Below are positions 27,227 through 36,930 of a DNA stretch of 64,000 nt, piece after piece; positions within the stretch are counted from its first letter, which is position 1, and each line of letters opens with the position of its first letter. The stretch is from Shigella phage CT01: the sequence record OK018184; one strand, written 5' to 3'. The notes beneath the pieces are model-generated. The model saw only the letters and a program-made list of their open reading frames with translations. It ran no database searches and had not been told where the DNA came from. Position numbers and translations under genes: made by a program.

Positions 27227-27764
27227 TTACTATTTCCAGTAGTTTATTATTTTTAAGGTAGTTAGCCTTTTCTAGGACTTCAGAAGCATATTTAGAACCT
27301 GCTTTAACATTCCATCCCGAATTATAAGAGGATATTGCCTTTCTTATATCGCCCTTATGTATATTTAACCAATAAGAAAGTTCAATGTACGCCCAGGAAG
27401 CTGAATTGGACCGTTTATTCAACATTCTTTTTATTTCGGCATCGGTCATATTATAACCAAGTTCCTTAACTCTTGCTCGCATGGTCGGCAAATAATTTTG
27501 GAACATTCCATAGGCATGATGCTTTGGTTTAGATTTTAAATTAACTCCGGCAGAGCTTTCTTGCCATAAAATAGCAGCCATTATATGACCTAATCCACTC
27601 TTGTGGATATTTTTGTGTGTTTTATATTTTCCATCCTTAGAAAATTGTTCCCCGAATTGATATGCGTAACGCATGTTATCGAGTTGGACATTACTGAAAG
27701 TATGCTCGGAGCTATGTGCCATCATTGAAATGGCCAATAGACCAGCGAGTAGTGCTTTTCTCAT
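27219..27764 (-). CDS. lytic transglycosylase-like protein with signal peptide
   Basis: 181 aa with a signal peptide and an SLT-like ILWQESS motif. Confidence 0.55.
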   Translation of the reverse strand: MRKALLAGLLAISMMAHSSEHTFSNVQLDNMRYAYQFGEQFSKDGKYKTHKNIHKSGLGHIMAAILWQESSAGVNLKSKPKHHAYGMFQNYLPTMRARVKELGYNMTDAEIKRMLNKRSNSASWAYIELSYWLNIHKGDIRKAISSYNSGWNVKAGSKYASEVLEKANYLKNNKLLEIVND

Positions 27765-27771
27765 GCTTACC

Positions 27772-28233
27772 TCATTGAGTTTTAATTACTGCTTTAGAAG
27801 CCTTTCCTGGTAAACGACGACTGTTAATAATTGCCATCCTGCACTGAAGCGACGGGTCTTTGAACTTCGCATTAGGTTTACAAACTGTAAATCCAAGCCA
27901 AAGATTTCCATCTGTGATTTCTAAACGCCCAGGACGATATTCAACCCCATCAATAAAATCCTCGTCAATGTCAGGACGCGGAGGCATACTCAGGAATTCA
28001 TTAACTTCTAAAACATGGTCTTTTATTTTATGGAATAATTCAAAAACATATGTCTCATCAATCTCCCGTTGAATTGCACGATCAAGAAGATGCTGAGAAT
28101 ATTTTAGATGAAACGATGAGACCCCTGCTGCTTTTGATGCCTCACGAATCTCATTGTTAATTTGACGAAACTCCGACTCAAAGTGACGACGGAGTTTATT
28201 TCGACGGATAAAAACTTCTGTGTTGATAGTCAT
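27772..28233 (-). CDS. regB: RegB-like endoribonuclease
   Basis: 153-aa ORF at the regB position relative to tk and e; length matches T4 RegB as recalled. Confidence 0.55.
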   Translation of the reverse strand: MTINTEVFIRRNKLRRHFESEFRQINNEIREASKAAGVSSFHLKYSQHLLDRAIQREIDETYVFELFHKIKDHVLEVNEFLSMPPRPDIDEDFIDGVEYRPGRLEITDGNLWLGFTVCKPNAKFKDPSLQCRMAIINSRRLPGKASKAVIKTQ

Positions 28234-28258
28234 GTTATTCTCCTCTTAACTGATAGAA

Positions 28259-28292
28259 AAATTATACCACAGTCAAGAGGAAAAGTAAACAG
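28259..28292 (-). promoter_or_regulatory. T4 early-type promoter
   Basis: Minus strand reads GTTTAC, an 18-nt spacer, then TGGTATAAT. Confidence 0.5.
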
Positions 28293-28571
28293 TTATTCTT
28301 TAAATCTAATCAATTTATTCATAGACTTTGTAACTTCTGCACGAACCTCATGTAAGTTTTTAAGCTGTTCAAGACGCTGCTCATAGTAAGCAATTTCATC
28401 TTCTTCGAGACAGTCCTGTGAATCTTCTTTAAGATAACGTGCATAGTCCTGGAAAGCTTTACGGACTACTTCCTGGAAGTCATCAAGACTTTGAATTTTC
28501 TTAGGAGCAACAGATACACGACGAGGGGCAGTATAATACTCATAACCAAACCCTGCGCTTAATTGAGCCAT
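28293..28571 (-). CDS. hypothetical protein
   Basis: Internal ATG at 28571 overlapping the upstream stop; the track ORF extends to 28613. Confidence 0.4.
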   Translation of the reverse strand: MAQLSAGFGYEYYTAPRRVSVAPKKIQSLDDFQEVVRKAFQDYARYLKEDSQDCLEEDEIAYYEQRLEQLKNLHEVRAEVTKSMNKLIRFKE

Positions 28572-28837
28572 TAATATTTTTCCTCTGGTTGAAACACAGC
28601 ACGACAAGCCCACATACTAGCTTCTTTGAGTTTCGTTTTAGCAATAGTTAACTGATCGATGCTTTCAGCATAATTCTTCGCGAATTCATAGTCTTCACAA
28701 TTATTTAGCACTTCCCAGAATTCGTCGTATAAAGCATCAAAGATAAGTCCTAAACGAACTTCAGCATCTTTGATAGCATTCACTTTACCGATTTTCTCTT
28801 CAGTATGTGGCTTATAACCCTTAATATCTTCAATCAT
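28571..28837 (-). CDS. hypothetical protein (positional candidate for a Vs.4/Acb2-like protein)
   Basis: 88-aa ORF, second gene downstream of regB; the assignment is by gene order only. Confidence 0.4.
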   Translation of the reverse strand: MIEDIKGYKPHTEEKIGKVNAIKDAEVRLGLIFDALYDEFWEVLNNCEDYEFAKNYAESIDQLTIAKTKLKEASMWACRAVFQPEEKY

Positions 28838-29051
28838 ATTTTACTTCCTCACCAGTACCTAAATCATATTCAACTAAACGAATAGGCTCATGAATGCCAT
28901 ATCCTTGAACAGAAATTTCTGTCGTAGGATAAATTCCATTAATATCACCCATGTTCCACGCTTCATTAAATTGCCGTTCGCCTGAATTACTAAACCACTC
29001 GGCGAAAGCATTTAGCACATCTTCAGAACCTTCAATAATTATCTTTGCCAT
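28830..29051 (-). CDS. hypothetical protein
   Basis: 73-aa acidic ORF. Confidence 0.45.
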   Translation of the reverse strand: MAKIIIEGSEDVLNAFAEWFSNSGERQFNEAWNMGDINGIYPTTEISVQGYGIHEPIRLVEYDLGTGEEVKYD

Positions 29052-29425
29052 TACAAACTCTCAGTAAAGGTACGAGCGATAACGTCGCGCTGCTGTTCCG
29101 GAGTCAGAGAGTTAAAACGAACTGCATAACCGGATACACGGATGGTCAACTGCGGATATTTTTCCGGATGCTTAACTGCATCTTCCAGAGTTTCACGACG
29201 CAGAACGTTAACGTTCAGGTGTTGACCACCCTCGATTTTAACTGTAGGTTGTGTTTCAATTTCAATTTCACGGGCATGCAAACCATAGAAAATTTCTGGG
29301 TCTACAAAAGAGTCCTCTTTAAAAGTTTTAGAGACAATAATTCGTGCTTGAATACCATCTTCAAAATAAATAGTACCTTTATGCGTGCCTTCAAGAATTT
29401 GATATGCTTTCATATAACCTCTCAA
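29051..29425 (-). CDS. autonomous glycyl-radical cofactor (GrcA/YfiD-like)
   Basis: 124 aa; C-terminal [60 protein letters not shown] carries the glycyl-radical motif RVSGYAV. Confidence 0.85.
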   Translation of the reverse strand: MRGYMKAYQILEGTHKGTIYFEDGIQARIIVSKTFKEDSFVDPEIFYGLHAREIEIETQPTVKIEGGQHLNVNVLRRETLEDAVKHPEKYPQLTIRVSGYAVRFNSLTPEQQRDVIARTFTESL

Positions 29426-29751
29426 TTAGAAAATAAATTTATCCAAGATTGCTCTTTAATTAAAAATGGCTCAGAATCATATGCCATTAAACTTTGGGTG
29501 ATTAGTCCTTTAAAAGGTCCATCAATAAATTCCATGGCAAAATATGGAATTTTATTCATTAATCTTGCATTAGGAGCAGTGCACAAAACTCTGCATCCTT
29601 TGAATACGCCTTTTTGTAATTTGTATTGCTTAGGATAAAATTCGCTCAAGACGTTGTTATTTGCCAAAATTTCAAAATGATTCACCAATTTATTTTTAAT
29701 AGTTTTTGGCGAAAAATAAAGATATTCGAAAAGTTGCGTGTCTGTCATCAT
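29422..29751 (-). CDS. hypothetical protein
   Basis: ATG at 29751 overlapping the upstream stop (ATGA). Confidence 0.4.
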   Translation of the reverse strand: MMTDTQLFEYLYFSPKTIKNKLVNHFEILANNNVLSEFYPKQYKLQKGVFKGCRVLCTAPNARLMNKIPYFAMEFIDGPFKGLITQSLMAYDSEPFLIKEQSWINLFSN

Positions 29752-30335
29752 TGCATTCCGATTATGAAAAACTGTGGACGAGTAATACCACCAATGCAGC
29801 ATTTACTATTGCAACAGTGGTGCACAGTTTCAATATGAATATCGTAAATTTTATCCATATCAGGAGATTTAACAGGCTCATCGATTATATACAAAATCCG
29901 CGAAAGCGATAAACCTCTGAACTTGCTTCCTTTATTACCGATAAAACTACGGACAGAATCGGTAAATAAGCGGAATCGAATATCATCGCTAGAATAACGA
30001 GAAAACTCTTTTTTAATGTGGCCCGCAGAAATTTTAGCGTAAGCTGAAGTATTAGAAAGAACAATAACTGTTCCACCATCATACAGCCAATTAGCGGCAA
30101 AATTAGTTACTGCAGTTGATTTACCAGATTGACGTCCACCATCTAGTCGAAGTGTGCAATACTGTTTGAGTAAGTCTTCAAATGGTGGGATATAATCGTT
30201 TTTACAAATTTCTTCTACTCTAGCATCAGAATGGTGTGTAAAAGCATTCATCAGGGATAGATAAGGTCCAGTTAAAAATGTTCTCATTTTATTCTCTCTA
30301 AATTTGGGCCATTCCATGGCGCATGAATTGTCCAT
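29748..30335 (-). CDS. P-loop NTPase-like protein
   Basis: Walker A GGRQSGKST and Walker B-like LYIIDEP; true start is probably an internal Met. Confidence 0.45.
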   Translation of the reverse strand: MDNSCAMEWPKFRENKMRTFLTGPYLSLMNAFTHHSDARVEEICKNDYIPPFEDLLKQYCTLRLDGGRQSGKSTAVTNFAANWLYDGGTVIVLSNTSAYAKISAGHIKKEFSRYSSDDIRFRLFTDSVRSFIGNKGSKFRGLSLSRILYIIDEPVKSPDMDKIYDIHIETVHHCCNSKCCIGGITRPQFFIIGMQ

Positions 30336-30442
30336 TTCTGTATTTACCCATTACCGCACTTGGGCTCGACCTTATTACAGGTTGGCGGGAATCCCTCACA
30401 GAATCATGAGGTCCAGCTTGTTCCCATGTTATTTGAATGTAA

Positions 30443-30464
30443 ATAGGCCTAAGTATAGGCCTTA
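30443..30464 (-). terminator. hairpin downstream of ipIII
   Basis: AGGCCT...AGGCCT palindromic stem-loop right after the ipIII stop; weak U tract. Confidence 0.3.
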
Positions 30465-31046
30465 TTAATTACCACGGGCTGCATTAGCAACGGCATAAGC
30501 GTACTGAACATTAGCGTCCTTAAACGTACCTTTAGAGGTATCTATTTCTGCCTTAAAGCCGCCTTTAGCCATAACATCGGCAAATTCTTTACGGAAAGCC
30601 ATTGCATCAAGACCTTTCCATGATGATTTGTGCTTGGCGAATTCAAGACCAGCGTAGTTGACAGCCTTAGCTAATTTATTATCAATGACCCATTTACCGG
30701 CTTTAGGCACAAACTTCGGGCCTTTTTGTTTAGAGAACAGTTTTAAATTCCAGCGACGAAGATCACTGTCGGCTTTAACAAAAGCTGCATCTAAGTTACT
30801 AGCAACAACATCTTCAATATGAGCAAATTTAAGTCCATCAACTTCAATATTTAGATCGTTACGCCAGCGAAGTCCTTCCCAAGCGAAGGCTTTAAAATCA
30901 GAAGCTTTTGTGGCTAGATATCGTTCAAGTGGAGCAGTTTTAGGGTCAAAACCGTTTCCGCCACGATAAGTCCACTCATCTTTATTAATGCCTTTGGCCT
31001 TTACTACAGAAGCTTCAGCAATAAATTCTTGATACGTTTTGAACAT
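30465..31046 (-). CDS. ipIII: internal protein III
   Basis: ATG at 31046 gives a 193-aa protein beginning [12 protein letters not shown], the capsid-targeting leader with a prohead-protease-type cleavage site. Confidence 0.7.
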   Translation of the reverse strand: MFKTYQEFIAEASVVKAKGINKDEWTYRGGNGFDPKTAPLERYLATKASDFKAFAWEGLRWRNDLNIEVDGLKFAHIEDVVASNLDAAFVKADSDLRRWNLKLFSKQKGPKFVPKAGKWVIDNKLAKAVNYAGLEFAKHKSSWKGLDAMAFRKEFADVMAKGGFKAEIDTSKGTFKDANVQYAYAVANAARGN

Positions 31047-31172
31047 GTTTACGGACTGCACCAAATACGCGTGGTAATTCACGATACTCTGCCATAAGAT
31101 GTTGGTCGGTCAGTTCAGAAACAAGTGTTAAATTGATACGAGTCATAATTTCCTCCAAGTAGTTGATGAATG

Positions 31173-31204
31173 TATAGTATCAAAGTCCTTGGAGGAAGTA
31201 AACA

Positions 31205-31205
<1 letters not shown>
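31173..31205 (-). promoter_or_regulatory. T4 early-type promoter upstream of ipIII
   Basis: Minus strand reads GTTTAC, a 17-nt spacer, then TGATACTAT. Confidence 0.45.
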
Positions 31206-32007
<802 letters not shown>

Positions 32008-32463
32008 TTAAAAGAGGCTGTTCATTATTCGGTAAAGTGAAGGGCCCATCACATATTGCCACTGGGTATGAGGAATAAGAGCAAAAGCATCCATCTCTGG
32101 AATCATAACGCCATCTTTATTTTCAAAATAAGACTCGCAATGGCAATTTCTAAACATCTCATGCTCTACTGGAATCGTATAATAAAATAACTGTAAGTCT
32201 TTATTACTAGAATATTTAAATACACCTAGGTCTTCTAGAAGGTCTGGATTATAATTGCTAAAGCCAGTCTCTTCTAAACATTCTCTTCGTGCTGCATCTA
32301 GCGCGCTTAAATCAGAATTTTCTACACGGCCCTTTGGAATATCCCAGCGATGGGCCATCATTCCAGGCTTACGAGAACCAGTAACCCGTCCCATGAATAA
32401 ATCTTTATCTTCTGTCATAAAGATAATACCAGCTGATAGTGTTTTCATTTTAATTTCCTGCAT
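32008..32463 (-). CDS. nudE: Nudix hydrolase
   Basis: 151 aa with Nudix box GRVENSDLSALDAARRECLEETG. Confidence 0.8.
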   Translation of the reverse strand: MQEIKMKTLSAGIIFMTEDKDLFMGRVTGSRKPGMMAHRWDIPKGRVENSDLSALDAARRECLEETGFSNYNPDLLEDLGVFKYSSNKDLQLFYYTIPVEHEMFRNCHCESYFENKDGVMIPEMDAFALIPHTQWQYVMGPSLYRIMNSLF

Positions 32464-32933
32464 TCAGTGATAAAGTTATTTAAATTTTGAGTATATTTCT
32501 TTTCATCAAAAATCTTTTGTTGTCTGCGTAGCCGCCATGGCATTTCTATGAACGTGTACCATATCCCAGATAATATTGCTGCTGTAAAAATATTAACAAG
32601 TATGGTTAAAAGAATCCAATCTCCTATTCTGTCCATTGGATTTTTTATAAAAAAGTAAAATATGAATGATGTCACAGGAAGACTAATAATATACCACAGA
32701 ATCATAATTTTATCTGTGAACCAATCAGCGTTCGTTAACTTAGCGCGACCATTATAAATACACACGAATTTATCATCTGTTGCAGTAGATGGCTTAACTG
32801 GTTGATATCCCATTCTAAACTCCCTAATTAACAAATTTTTCATATCTTCGGAACAGCCATTCCAGTCAACTCTATCAACTGGAATGCCATCATCCCCATC
32901 ATCTAAATCATACCAGCGAGTTTTTAAAATCAT
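32445..32933 (-). CDS. hypothetical membrane protein, tail-motif family member
   Basis: 162 aa with two hydrophobic helices; C-terminal motif NNFITECRKLK. Confidence 0.5.
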   Translation of the reverse strand: MILKTRWYDLDDGDDGIPVDRVDWNGCSEDMKNLLIREFRMGYQPVKPSTATDDKFVCIYNGRAKLTNADWFTDKIMILWYIISLPVTSFIFYFFIKNPMDRIGDWILLTILVNIFTAAILSGIWYTFIEMPWRLRRQQKIFDEKKYTQNLNNFITECRKLK

Positions 32934-33292
32934 TTAATTTTCCTACAATCACTCACAAACTCTTCCATTGATTCTTTTTCAATATAAGACATGTAGTTAT
33001 TATATTCCTTTAATTGTATTTTGTAATCCTTTTTTCTTTGCCAATTTATTTTAAAATTATCATAATGAAAATATAGCATGGTGCCAAAGAATGAAAATAA
33101 TGAAATCGCTATAGTATAACGAAGTTCACTCCAAACTTCTATTATATTTACTGTGCCGTCAATGTTTAAAATAAGACAGTCAATTAACAATCCAAAAAGA
33201 CTACCCGCAAGAGCTGCAGCCAACGCCACAGCAAAAATTAAAAATGACTCAGGAAGCGAATATTTGACTTTATTTAGTTTTGGCTTTTGCAT
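32930..33292 (-). CDS. hypothetical membrane protein, tail-motif family member
   Basis: 120 aa with two hydrophobic helices; C-terminal motif EEFVSDCRKIK. Confidence 0.5.
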   Translation of the reverse strand: MQKPKLNKVKYSLPESFLIFAVALAAALAGSLFGLLIDCLILNIDGTVNIIEVWSELRYTIAISLFSFFGTMLYFHYDNFKINWQRKKDYKIQLKEYNNYMSYIEKESMEEFVSDCRKIK

Positions 33293-33687
33293 CGTGATTC
33301 CTTAACAAATTTCATAATTTCATCAAATTCATATGCAGCAAGTTTAAGCTGGTGTTCCTTTTTAATCTTTTTGCACTGTGCTTTCCAATCACGTACGCGT
33401 TTACGATAATGTCTTCCTTGATACCAGTATCCTACCCAATTTACAGGTACTAATAAAAATGGAACTACTAATGGAAGAATTAATACTGACAGAAATATTA
33501 CACCAGATTCAATATCAGTCATAACGTCTATAACCATTCCAATAATCAATAGAATTACAAATGATATAGCTGTCACAGGACCTATTAATACATCGGTAGA
33601 AATTATCTGGTGCTTTGGTTCATACTTCAAAGGTTTACTTGGAAGGTATAGTAATGGCTTTGACATATTCTCTACATTCCTTAACAA
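33274..33687 (-). CDS. hypothetical membrane protein, tail-motif family member
   Basis: 137 aa with two hydrophobic helices; C-terminal motif MKFVKESRCK. Confidence 0.5.
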   Translation of the reverse strand: MLRNVENMSKPLLYLPSKPLKYEPKHQIISTDVLIGPVTAISFVILLIIGMVIDVMTDIESGVIFLSVLILPLVVPFLLVPVNWVGYWYQGRHYRKRVRDWKAQCKKIKKEHQLKLAAYEFDEIMKFVKESRCKSQN

Positions 33688-34249
33688 ATTTTTCTAGTAA
33701 TAAATCGCTTTCAAAATTAGGATTTTCCACGAATTTATCAAAAAGATCATCAATAATAGTCAAGATATTCCTTTTATTAAGAATACGCTTATTTTCATAT
33801 TTTGTTTCAGAGTCAACTATAAGAGTAAAGAAATATTTCTTTCCCTGAAATTTTACCGTAGTATCAATATAAAATAAATTTGACTTTTGTAAATTACGTC
33901 TAAACCACGCGTCACTTAAACTATAAACGCCAAGATAATCATAATCGTCATTTAAATAACAAACTGTCCATTCAGGAGAAATGAAATCAGTAAATTCAAC
34001 ATCAAAATCACACGTCAATGAATGAATTGATTCAATACTGTTAATGAGTATTCCAGGACGTATTAAAGACTTTTTACCTCTAGAAAATCTTCCAGAAAGA
34101 CTTTCATCAGTTTCATATGAAGACCCCCAATAGTAATTACGTCCTTCTGCCATACGTTTAAGAGCATTTAGTAATTGGTCTGGAACATCAACCTGTCTTT
34201 GGAACTCTTCAAACATTGAATTGAAATCACTTTGCATTTTCATTTTCAT
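33635..34249 (-). CDS. hypothetical soluble protein sharing the C-terminal motif
   Basis: 204 aa; C-terminal EKFVKECREYVK. Confidence 0.5.
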   Translation of the reverse strand: MKMKMQSDFNSMFEEFQRQVDVPDQLLNALKRMAEGRNYYWGSSYETDESLSGRFSRGKKSLIRPGILINSIESIHSLTCDFDVEFTDFISPEWTVCYLNDDYDYLGVYSLSDAWFRRNLQKSNLFYIDTTVKFQGKKYFFTLIVDSETKYENKRILNKRNILTIIDDLFDKFVENPNFESDLLLEKFVKECREYVKAITIPSK

Positions 34250-34267
34250 TCCTATTTACTCCAAGTA

Positions 34268-34287
34268 TAAGGGGCCGAAGCCCCTTA
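34268..34287 (-). terminator. hairpin terminator
   Basis: AAGGGGC-CGAA-GCCCCTT stem-loop right after the stop at 34291. Confidence 0.4.
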
Positions 34288-34290
34288 TCA

Positions 34291-34884
34291 TTATTTCAGA
34301 GAATTAATGTATTCCTGAACATCGGCAGAGGTAGTTTCAACCCCGGAAATATTACCGTTAAAGGTTTCAACTCGAGCAAGAGTATCTTCAATATCAACCT
34401 TAGTTAGCGCTGCAATTTCAACTACATCATCGGCAGTACTAATTCCAAGGGCATTTGCCGCACGAGTTTCACGGATATATTCCAATTTAACCGCAAGTTC
34501 TTGGCGAGCATCATCTAACTCAACTACTTTCTTGGCGATTTCAATTCGCATTTCAGCATAACCATCAGCTTTAGTAGTCAACTGCTCAGCTGTTCGACGA
34601 TATAGTAAACCGAGCTTAGCATGCATTGTTACATCTTGACCTTCGGAAAGAAGTTTGCGAATTTCACACTCTTTTGATTCGGCTTGTCGATTCTTTTCGA
34701 TAACAAGTTCACGAATACGTTTTTCTTCATTAATAGATTTAACAGAAGCAGTTTTTAGGTCTTTAATTTTATCAAGAAGTTTTGCTGCTGCAGCAGTATA
34801 CTGTTCTTCAACAGATAGATTTTTAGCCATAGCAGAACCAAGTTTAGTGCGAATAAACTCAACAATTTTCTTCAGTGTGTTCAT
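34291..34884 (-). CDS. coiled-coil protein (possibly PspA/IM30-like)
   Basis: 197-aa all-helical protein with heptad repeats; the family assignment is tentative. Confidence 0.45.
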   Translation of the reverse strand: MNTLKKIVEFIRTKLGSAMAKNLSVEEQYTAAAAKLLDKIKDLKTASVKSINEEKRIRELVIEKNRQAESKECEIRKLLSEGQDVTMHAKLGLLYRRTAEQLTTKADGYAEMRIEIAKKVVELDDARQELAVKLEYIRETRAANALGISTADDVVEIAALTKVDIEDTLARVETFNGNISGVETTSADVQEYINSLK

Positions 34885-34927
34885 AGTATTTCCTTAGGTT
34901 GATTAAAAATTAAAATCTGTGGAAGAA

Positions 34928-35458
34928 TTATATCATGCTATTTAAGAGATGTAAACTATTTTTAATTTTACAAATTCGTTCAGCTTCTTCAACAGCGGCG
35001 GCGATAATGCTTTTAGCTATAGGAGTACTAATACTAGTAGCTTTTACACTTAACACGATTTCTTTATCTTTACCAGGCCAACCCCACGATTTTTCACCGT
35101 GAGTGCCTTTAATTACAGCAGACACCTCAAGTGAGCATCCATTATCATATGTTTTTACATTGACAACCCAAGGTTCACTTTTCTCAATCGGTTTCTCAAT
35201 CGGTTTATCCCAGTAAATATTAAGAATACGTGGGACATCAAATTTGGCAGGACAAATCTTAACTGTAAGACCTTCGCTTTCTAGCCAATTAATAAGAGGG
35301 CGTTCATACAGGCGACGATGTGGGCTTGGGATTCGACAAGCCTTATGTCCGTTGCTTGCGGCTTCACTAAGCTGTTCTAATACCTGCTTTTGCATTATTG
35401 ATAAGATACCATCAAAAGATTTTTCGGAAGTTTCATTCAGTTCGGTATAAAGAGACAT
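34928..35458 (-). CDS. hypothetical protein
   Basis: 176-aa ORF. Confidence 0.5.
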   Translation of the reverse strand: MSLYTELNETSEKSFDGILSIMQKQVLEQLSEAASNGHKACRIPSPHRRLYERPLINWLESEGLTVKICPAKFDVPRILNIYWDKPIEKPIEKSEPWVVNVKTYDNGCSLEVSAVIKGTHGEKSWGWPGKDKEIVLSVKATSISTPIAKSIIAAAVEEAERICKIKNSLHLLNSMI

Positions 35459-35481
35459 AACAGTTTCCTCAAATTATAGGC

Positions 35482-35515
35482 TCATAATATCTCAATCATG
35501 AGCCTATGTAAACTT
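35482..35515 (-). promoter_or_regulatory. T4 early-type promoter candidate
   Basis: Minus strand reads GTTTAC, an 18-nt spacer, then TATTAT; overlaps an inverted repeat AGGCTCAT/ATGAGCCT. Confidence 0.35.
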
Positions 35516-35777
35516 ATTTCATATTATTAAAATATTCTTCTGCGATTTCGTCGTTATCATGGTAAACTTTAGAAGACAGTTTAACATAACCTTCAGCAGT
35601 GAACATGTTAATCACAACCTTTACAGTATACCACTGACCATCTTCATTACCCATTACTGCGTAAGTTTCAAACATCGGATGGTCAGGACCGATAACTTTA
35701 ATATCATTCACTGTACGACCGAAATCTTCTGAAACGCATTTCATAAAGAAGTTGAACAGTTCGCCGTAATTATCCAT
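35514..35777 (-). CDS. hypothetical protein
   Basis: Internal ATG at 35777 (MDNYGELFNFF...) placed downstream of the promoter; the track ORF extends to 35831. Confidence 0.45.
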   Translation of the reverse strand: MDNYGELFNFFMKCVSEDFGRTVNDIKVIGPDHPMFETYAVMGNEDGQWYTVKVVINMFTAEGYVKLSSKVYHDNDEIAEEYFNNMK

Positions 35778-35819
35778 TTCATTCTCCAAGTTGTTTTTCT
35801 GTATCAGTAGTTGATAGTT

Positions 35820-35852
35820 GTATAGTACCATGGAAGAACGGGGATGTAAACC
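35820..35852 (-). promoter_or_regulatory. T4 early-type promoter
   Basis: Minus strand reads GTTTAC, a 17-nt spacer, then TGGTACTAT. Confidence 0.45.
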
Positions 35853-35984
35853 GTTTTGTGAAAAAATTTTTAAAAAGTTTTAGGGAATTCTAGGGCAGGG
35901 ATGGGCAATTAAAAGGTAGGATAATATATTATAAAGGGTATAAACTAAATGATGCCTAGAGAGGTCTGGAAAGGCCTAGATACC

Positions 35985-36006
35985 AAAAAGCCCTATCATT
36001 TAGATA
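35985..36006 (-). terminator. hairpin terminator
   Basis: CCCTATC-TAAAT-GATAGGG stem-loop followed on the minus strand by CUUUUUGG. Confidence 0.5.
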
Positions 36007-36017
36007 GGGATTTAAAA

Positions 36018-36506
36018 TTATTTACCTAGTTTAGTTATTATAGCTTCGGCAGCAGCTTTTAGCTTAGATGCAGTGTTAATACGATTTTTAATTTCAGTAT
36101 AAGCATCGCCAAGAACATCAAGGCTATCAGAATAAACACTTACACTATTGCGTTCGCTATTTGAAATAGAACCTTTAGTTTTACGATCAAAATCGGTATA
36201 CACGTCTTGAAGATCACGGGCTGCCTTCTTTGCATCATCCAATGCATCAAGAGCTTTATTCAAAGCATTGACATATTTTTTAGTGTCAAACATATTCTTA
36301 GAAATTTTGAAAAATGCTTTATTGAAATTATTTTCTTGACTCATCGTAAAAGAACTATTATCGATGTTATACATTTCAATAGCTTTAGCTTTCCACTTAA
36401 GAAAATCGCCCCGGTCTTTTGGGTCCAAGTGGAAGAATACTTTAGTAAGATCTGCTTCAGATGGTAATTTTGCTGCTTCGGTTAAAAATTCGGCATAAGT
36501 TTTCAT
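36018..36506 (-). CDS. internal-protein-like protein with capsid-targeting leader
   Basis: 162 aa beginning MKTYAEFLTEA, the same leader type as ipII and ipIII (Leu at P3, Glu at P1); lysine/alanine-rich. Confidence 0.55.
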   Translation of the reverse strand: MKTYAEFLTEAAKLPSEADLTKVFFHLDPKDRGDFLKWKAKAIEMYNIDNSSFTMSQENNFNKAFFKISKNMFDTKKYVNALNKALDALDDAKKAARDLQDVYTDFDRKTKGSISNSERNSVSVYSDSLDVLGDAYTEIKNRINTASKLKAAAEAIITKLGK

Positions 36507-36589
36507 TTAAAATCCTTGAAATAATTTATTGGTTATTAATTATTTATCACGTTGTTATCATCCATGTTAGCATTCTCTGAGTGATTCAA

Positions 36590-36620
36590 ACTAAAAAGCC
36601 CCAACCTTTCGGTCGGGGCT
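36590..36620 (-). terminator. intrinsic terminator downstream of the tRNA/RNA region
   Basis: AGCCCC...GGGGCT stem-loop followed on the minus strand by UUUUUAG. Confidence 0.55.
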
Positions 36621-36625
36621 AAGCC

Positions 36626-36930
36626 TTGCGGCAACCTTGTCGGGGTTCCACCTGCTAAGGCAAGTGTTTGTACGAAACGCCGGGATTCGAACCCGGTTAT
36701 TAAGTAGTTGACGCTACTCAATATTTTTAAAAGGCCATATCTCGACCATATCCGAACGTTCCGTCAAAAACGCTACTCGGCTTACGGCAAAGATATTTCC
36801 TCGAATCGATAATTCGGTGCGCCGTTTCTGCTGTGATAGTAAAGAATCAGAACACAGTAAAACTGTGGGAGAAACTATACTCCAGGGAACATCAGTCCGA
36901 CGACTTACCGGTAGCGACCCGGTTTCTTAG
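36626..36930 (-). ncRNA. candidate stable RNA with a tRNA-like T-arm (species 1/2-like)
   Basis: No credible ORF; minus strand contains CCGGGTTCGAATCCCGG preceded by an AGTAG/CTACT stem and ends at the terminator. Confidence 0.3.

Noticed and set aside
29045-29638. 197-aa plus-strand ORF
   Set aside because: Lies entirely antisense to the well-supported GrcA-like gene and its neighbour in a region where all credible genes are on the minus strand; no RBS or promoter context. Judged a shadow ORF.
30443-30464. AGGCCT...AGGCCT element after ipIII, considered as a regulatory palindrome or restriction-site cluster
   Set aside because: A single short stem-loop at a gene end without a convincing U tract; most simply a weak terminator or RNA-stability hairpin.
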